Shown in pieces: positions 22,701-25,693 of a DNA stretch of 25,693 nucleotides (positions are counted from its first letter, which is position 1; each line of letters opens with the position of its first letter). The notes beneath the pieces are model-generated. The model worked only from the letters and a program-made list of their open reading frames with translations, had not been told where the DNA came from and did no database searches. The translations under genes were made by a program, and so were the position numbers. The DNA is from Macrostomum lignano (lineage: Eukaryota): positions 1 through 25,693 of the forward strand of contig NIVC01005119.1 of NCBI GenBank assembly GCA_002269645.1. Reading direction: 5' to 3'.

Positions 22701-23895
22701 TTGACAATCCACGACCTTGACAATCCAGGACCTTGACAATCCACGACCTTGACAATCCAGGACCTTGACAATCCAGTATCCAGGACCTTGATAATCCAGT
22801 ATCCAGGACCTTGACAATCCACGACCTTGACAATCAAGCACCTTGACAATCCACGACCTTGATAATCCAGGACCTTGACAATCCACGACCTTGACAATCC
22901 ACGACCTTGACAATCCACGACCTTGACAATCCACGAACTTGACAATCCAGGACCTTGACAATCCAGGACCTTGACAATCCAGGACCTTGACAATCCAGGA
23001 CCTTGACAATCCACGACCTTGACAATCCAGGACCTTGACAATCCACGACCTTGACAATCCAGGACCTTGATAATCCACGACCTTGACAATCCACGACCTT
23101 GACAATCCACGACCTTGACAATCCACGACCTTGACAATCCAGGACCTTGATAATCCACGACCTTGACAATCCACGACCTTGACAATCCACGACCTTGACA
23201 ATCCAGGACCTTGACAATCCACGACCTTGACAATCCAGGACTTTGACAATCGAGGATATTGACATCCCAGGACCTTGACAAACCCAGTAGACTTGGGAGA
23301 AGTCAAAGTCTCGACCAAGAATCTATTGCAAATTTTGACTTTCCTATTTAATTTTTTCTAAATCCCATTCCATTTCGTCTATTTAGCTGTCAGTGAATGA
23401 GACGGCGGTGCTTAAATACCCGGTTCGACACAGTCTCGATGAAATTCAGTACGTCTTAATAGACGGCGACGTCTGCATCACCAGCGTGCAATTTGAAGGC
23501 AAGGTGAGAGCATCGTACGCAGGTGTTGTGTAGGCCAATTAAGAAACCTTCACCTCAAATTCTATAATTTCTACAACCCCACAGCCCCCATATTCTACAA
23601 CCCCACTCCTCACAGCCCCCCTCCCATATCCTACAACCCCACTCCCCACAGCCCCTATATTCTACAAACCCACTCCCCACAGCCCCCATATTCTACAACC
23701 CCACTCCCCACAGCCCCCATATTCTACAACCCCACTCCCCCCACCACGCCATATTCTACAACCCGTCTGCCGTCTCTCACATTTAACAACTTATACGAGC
23801 TAAAAATAGCCATGCAGCCCTCTCAGCCAGAAATGATGCTCTAGATAATTTTGCAAACATTTCAGGCTGCCACTCCGAGCTGCTGCATCAACTAA
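4111..23895 (+). CDS. Giant multi-exon galectin-like protein (1+4 galectin-fold domains, long disordered linker, about 2,160 aa)
   Basis: Manual splice reconstruction: 4111-4206, 8283-8365, 9274-9520, 9811-10018, 10482-12529, 13223-13956, ~15967-17247, 17654-17748, 18869-19139, 20040-20480, 20948-21582, 21967-22171, 23387-23503, 23866-23895. All introns are GT-AG and phases match at every junction. Total 6491 nt, 1 nt short of a codon multiple, matching the frame change inside exon 5. Five segments show galectin strand patterns (P-F/Y-x3-hydrophobic-P start, F-x-V/I-x-I strand, L-x-I/L-D-G-D end). Confidence 0.85.
4240..4915. repeat. Polypurine GA-rich tract with pure (GA)n runs and GGGGAGGGTAGAGAGA-type subrepeats (intron 1)
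   Basis: Almost only G and A on the + strand. Pure (GA)n runs at about 4407-4480 and about 4710-4752. Confidence 0.97.
5701..7658. repeat. Minisatellite, 23-25 bp unit CTCTGTCTAACAGTCC(T/C)GACACC, about 80-85 copies (intron 1)
   Basis: Directly visible and highly homogeneous, with a few interspersed variants (CCCCGTGTC, GACGCC, CTAAAAG). Confidence 0.98.
8283..8365 (+). CDS. Exon 2: start of galectin-like domain 1 (GTQFTYDIPDGLIEGDCVEVKGRLTGKR)
   Basis: Acceptor tttctaaacag| and donor CG|GTAAGA, phase 2. Resembles the galectin N-terminal strands (F-x3-IP-x-GL-x2-G-x3-V-x-G). Too short for the ORF track. Confidence 0.85.
8423..8722. repeat. Minisatellite, 14-bp unit GGACAGGTAGT(C/T)AC, about 21 copies (intron 2), with degenerate echoes near 8950-9030
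   Basis: Directly visible. Confidence 0.95.
9274..9520 (+). CDS. Exon 3: middle of galectin-like domain 1 (VCLELSG...FQADSQFIVQIRILHLYYD)
   Basis: Acceptor aacaaaaatag| (phase 2) and donor GAT|GTAAGT (phase 0). Open frame containing the galectin-like FQ-x3-F-x-V-x-I strand. Confidence 0.85.
9589..9753. repeat. 45-bp tandem repeat, about 3.7 copies (intron 3)
   Basis: TTGTGTCAGTCCAGGGACAAGCTTGTGTCACATGCAGATCGGAGG and variants starting at 9589, 9634, 9679 and 9724. Confidence 0.92.
9811..10018 (+). CDS. Exon 4: end of galectin-like domain 1 (IRINDIELIKLEH...EIQMLSLDGDAEFTAVDF) and start of linker
   Basis: Acceptor actaaaccag| and donor CAG|GTAAGA (phase 1). Matches the galectin C-terminal pattern V/I-x-V/I-N...H...I-x2-L-x-I/L-D-G-D. 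Lies within track ORF 9574-10062. Confidence 0.88.
10189..10299. repeat. Degenerate (CCCCAA/CCCTAA/CCCTCA)n telomere-like tract (intron 4)
   Basis: C-run hexamers, only one of them an exact CCCTAA. Confidence 0.85.
10482..12529 (+). CDS. Exon 5: large Q/S/K-rich disordered exon, interrupted by a frame change and an in-frame stop
   Basis: Acceptor ttattgcag| (phase 1) and donor AT|GTAAGT at 12530 (phase 1). Covers track ORFs 10529-11632 and 11767-12564, which are in different frames. The second frame is open from 11482 to a TAG at 11734 and resumes after it. Confidence 0.7.
13223..13956 (+). CDS. Exon 6: polyQ/polyA/Ser-rich linker exon
   Basis: Acceptor aaattttcag| (phase 1) and donor GAG|GTGAGG (phase 0). 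Lies within track ORF 13222-14001. Confidence 0.85.
14782..15427 (-). pseudogene. Nested antisense FkbM-family (Methyltransf_21-like) methyltransferase, disrupted
   Basis: Minus-strand motifs: hydrophobic N-terminus (HFFPACLIFAVYLINIYFG), ISFDNQLAYLNFPGDCNVGG, IVMKLDVEGGEADFL (14997-15020 for KLDVEGGE), then in another frame VAVVQMEW...IIEFFTSRGY. The start reads ATTGGAA rather than ATGGAA. Frame changes at about 15180 and about 14950. No D-x-G-A-N-x-G motif in any frame. Confidence 0.72.
15967..17247 (+). CDS. Exon 7: Ser/Ala/Gln-rich linker exon ending in an Arg-rich block
   Basis: Open frame from 15919 (track ORF 15982-17457). The acceptor is uncertain: aatcttaag| at 15966 is the first phase-0 AG, and ctgcag| slightly downstream is an alternative. 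Donor GTG|GTAATT at 17248 (or 17245), phase 0, after which the sequence becomes AT-rich. Confidence 0.75.
17654..17748 (+). CDS. Exon 8: start of galectin-like domain 2 (SEPEPFVAHLPEPLRSGRRIIVSGQFSESTKR)
   Basis: Acceptor ttcccacag| and donor CG|GTATGA (phase 2). Clear galectin first-strand pattern PF-x3-LP-x2-L-x2-G-x2-I-x-V-x-G. Confidence 0.88.
17800..18780. repeat. Minisatellite, 18-bp unit TCATTCTAAATACCCCAG, about 50 copies, homogeneous core at about 17885-18520 with degenerate edges (intron 8)
   Basis: Directly visible. Confidence 0.97.
18869..19139 (+). CDS. Exon 9: middle of galectin-like domain 2, with WTSEQR motif
   Basis: Acceptor aaatcccccag| (phase 2) and donor ACC|GTGAGT (phase 0). 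YNGREWTSEQR matches the galectin W-x2-E-x-R motif. Confidence 0.88.
19244..19800. repeat. Minisatellite, about 22-26 bp unit (GGT)TGGTTTCCGTGTCTAGAAGT, about 23 copies (intron 9)
   Basis: Directly visible, with two sub-variants (GTGTCTAGAAG and GTAGATTGAAG/GTAGCTAGAAG). Confidence 0.95.
20040..20480 (+). CDS. Exon 10: end of domain 2 (FTHLVLDGSSEYQSIEF) and most of domain 3
   Basis: Acceptor aacccgcag| and donor CTG|GTAAGT. 441 nt, phase 0/0, open frame. Confidence 0.85.
20545..20850. repeat. Minisatellite, 23-bp unit GATGGAGTAGATTGGGATGGTTG, about 12 copies (intron 10)
   Basis: Directly visible. Explains minus-strand ORF 20439-20978. Confidence 0.95.
20948..21582 (+). CDS. Exon 11: end of domain 3, all of domain 4, start of domain 5
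   Basis: Acceptor acttcaccag| and donor AC|GTGAGT (phase 2). Segments ILLDGKPVLSY...TSFFIDGNFLL, PLPPSFQVGRSIRVSG, PLLPGQRFEAHI and LRSVRLTGG are galectin-like. Lies within track ORF 20927-21586. Confidence 0.88.
21967..22171 (+). CDS. Exon 12: middle of galectin-like domain 5 (ISFALCTGPG...TVALQATDSDYI)
   Basis: Acceptor cttccaaaacag| (phase 2) and donor ATT|GTAAGT (phase 0). Open frame. Confidence 0.82.
22240..23290. repeat. Minisatellite, 16-bp unit CCTTGACAATCCA(G/C)GA, more than 60 copies (intron 12)
   Basis: Directly visible. Explains the minus-strand SRSWIVKVLDCQG ORFs. Confidence 0.98.
23387..23503 (+). CDS. Exon 13: end of domain 5 (LSVNETAVLKYPVRHSLDEIQYVLIDGDVCITSVQFEGK)
   Basis: Acceptor gtctatttag| and donor AAG|GTGAGA. 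Very galectin-like end (V-N...I-x2-V-x-I-D-G-D-V-x-I-x-S-V). Without splicing, the frame reads on to a TAG at 23531-23533. Confidence 0.88.
23570..23765. repeat. Minisatellite, about 31-bp unit TCTACAACCCCACTCCCCACAGCCCCCATAT, about 6 copies (intron 13)
   Basis: Directly visible. Confidence 0.93.
23866..23895 (+). CDS. Putative terminal exon 14 (AATPSCCIN*)
   Basis: Consensus-like acceptor catttcag|G at 23865, phase 0, then TAA at 23893-23895 followed by AT-rich UTR-like sequence. The exon is short, so it is less certain. Confidence 0.6.
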   Translation, partial: AATPSCCIN

Positions 23896-24626
23896 AACAA
23901 AAACGTTTCAATTTCGTTATTTTTTTATTCTGAATTCATTCTCGCTTGCCACCCGAAACTGTTAGAAATAATACGAACCCTCACTCCACTTAGCAATCAG
24001 TAATACTTAATACATATCGTTTCCTAAGAGTTCTGTTAAATATGTGCTTCATAAATATAATCTCATAGTTATGTTAGTCTTTAATTCATTATTATATAAA
24101 AATGTGACTCTGCAACTAATTGAATGTTCAATATACTTTTTTCTATTTATTTATTGTATAATATTCTGCACGGTTGAAAGCCCTGTGTTTGCATGCTTGT
24201 TGTAACTTCTCTAACCTAATATTCTTAAGTTTTTTGTTAAAGTTTGTTGTTAAATCATTTATAATAACATTTTTTCTCAAATTCTTATTATAAAATTTCC
24301 GAAAAAGTTTTCTTCAAGAATTCGTTATGTTCTAATCTTTCGCTTAAATTTTGACCATTAGCGTGTAAAATGATTTGGCTAGTTAGTAACTCATGTAGCT
24401 TTAATTATTCCAATCAAGCTGTGCTTAGTTTCATTACAATTATTAACTGCACTAAATCCGGAATTCGCACTATAAATAGAACCAGTAATTCTTTTTCTAC
24501 TTTGACATACTTGTTTGTGTTTTAATTTATAAAGTTTCTAGTTTTAAAGATAGTTTTTTTTCGTCTACTGTCAGTAGGCTAAAAGTGTGCTAGATTTTGC
24601 CGACTCTTTTCTTGTCAGGAAAGCCG

Positions 24627-24642
24627 AATAAAATTTAATAAA
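24627..24642 (+). terminator. Candidate polyadenylation signals (two AATAAA) for the galectin-like gene
   Basis: AATAAA at 24627 and 24637, about 730 nt after the stop, following an AT-rich UTR-like stretch. Such hexamers are common by chance in AT-rich DNA. Confidence 0.25.
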
Positions 24643-25693
24643 AGCGATGCCAAGCCTTAAACTTTATTAGGCTGTTTAGAATTAGTAATGGGGTTGCGGC
24701 GAAATCCCTTTTGTTTAGTTAAAGTCACTGCAACACTCTAAATTCAAAAGCAACAGAAAATCAGCTGTTCTACAAAACCCGCGGTGTCTTACATGTATTT
24801 CGCTTCACCATGGACACGCGTGCTAGCGGTCAATAGCTTTATCAGCGATAGAAATCTATTATGCAATCAGTTATACACACCTTATATACCAGCAGCGTTT
24901 ATTACACAGAAATTTAATTTCATCTGTTAATTATCTGTCATTAACTTTCTGCGAATCTCTAGTCAGCTGACATTACCTAGTTGTAGTTTGTTTATATTTT
25001 CTAGCTCTGACTGAAATCACGTGAGACTGCCTGTTATTCATAAAACTAGCTACATGTATATCAGCACTTTCGTGCAGAATTTACTGCCACACAGAACGAC
25101 AAAACTGTTCGAAATTCAAAGTCCACTGCTGACTTCTAGCCTTATCTGCGTATACGATTTGCATGGATTTATAAGCATTCCTAGTTCACTCACGGAGCCA
25201 ACACGCGTACATTAATGTCTGTTTACAGTCGCATCGAGCACAGCCGCAGTGCAGCATCAGTAAGCCAAGGAGAACTAAAAAATCATGGAAGAACACTCCA
25301 CTTGTGAATCAAGTGCATTTAGTGTACTCAGCAAACGCGCACAGCGTTAAGTTGAACAGGGTTTCACCGCAGACTATTGCTATAGAGATAAAATTTTGAA
25401 ATGCACTAGCGATGCGCAACATATTTGCTACTTAACGCATTTCTAAGGAAATCCATAGAAATCTAGAATACTAACTGGAAGTGAAGGCTTCTTTGTCGGG
25501 GAGTTCAAGTCGTACCTACCCGGGCCGAGCTTGAAAATGTTATAGTGACTAAACCCGCATCCAAAAGACCCTCCCAAAACCCCCAGCCCTTTAAAACTCT
25601 TTCTTGTTGCTCATGCCTTCATCTTTCATTCCCTTCAAGCTCAGACAGCACCCAGATGTACACTGTAAATTCTGTACGAGCGTACAGTGATAG

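Noticed and set aside
22227-23318. Several long minus-strand ORFs with SRSWIVKVLDCQG repeats
   Set aside because: A 16-bp array read over three units (48 nt) that lacks stops on that strand. It lies in an intron with canonical ends.

Overview
Eukaryotic (invertebrate-like) genomic DNA, not prokaryotic. Most of the window (4111-23895, + strand) is one spliced gene that I reconstructed by hand as 14 coding exons with consistent intron phases, about 6.49 kb of CDS and about 2,160 aa. It encodes one N-terminal galectin-like domain, a roughly 1,350-aa low-complexity Q/S/K/A-rich linker, four almost linker-less tandem galectin-like domains, and a putative C-terminal CaaX-like end (PSCCIN*). All five domains have lost most canonical beta-galactoside-binding residues. 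Exon 5 carries a net 1-nt frameshift and an in-frame TAG (assembly error, disabled allele or cryptic intron). Intron 6 holds an antisense, intronless, frameshifted and apparently internally deleted FkbM-family methyltransferase gene. Nine of the 13 introns, plus the upstream region, carry unrelated minisatellites, and several repeat units resemble neighbouring splice sites or exon ends. Most long ORFs in the supplied track that fall in these arrays are repeat artefacts. Minisatellite-filled introns and polyQ/polyA linkers suggest a Macrostomum-like flatworm, but that is an impression only. No database search was run; family calls rest on motif recognition by eye.
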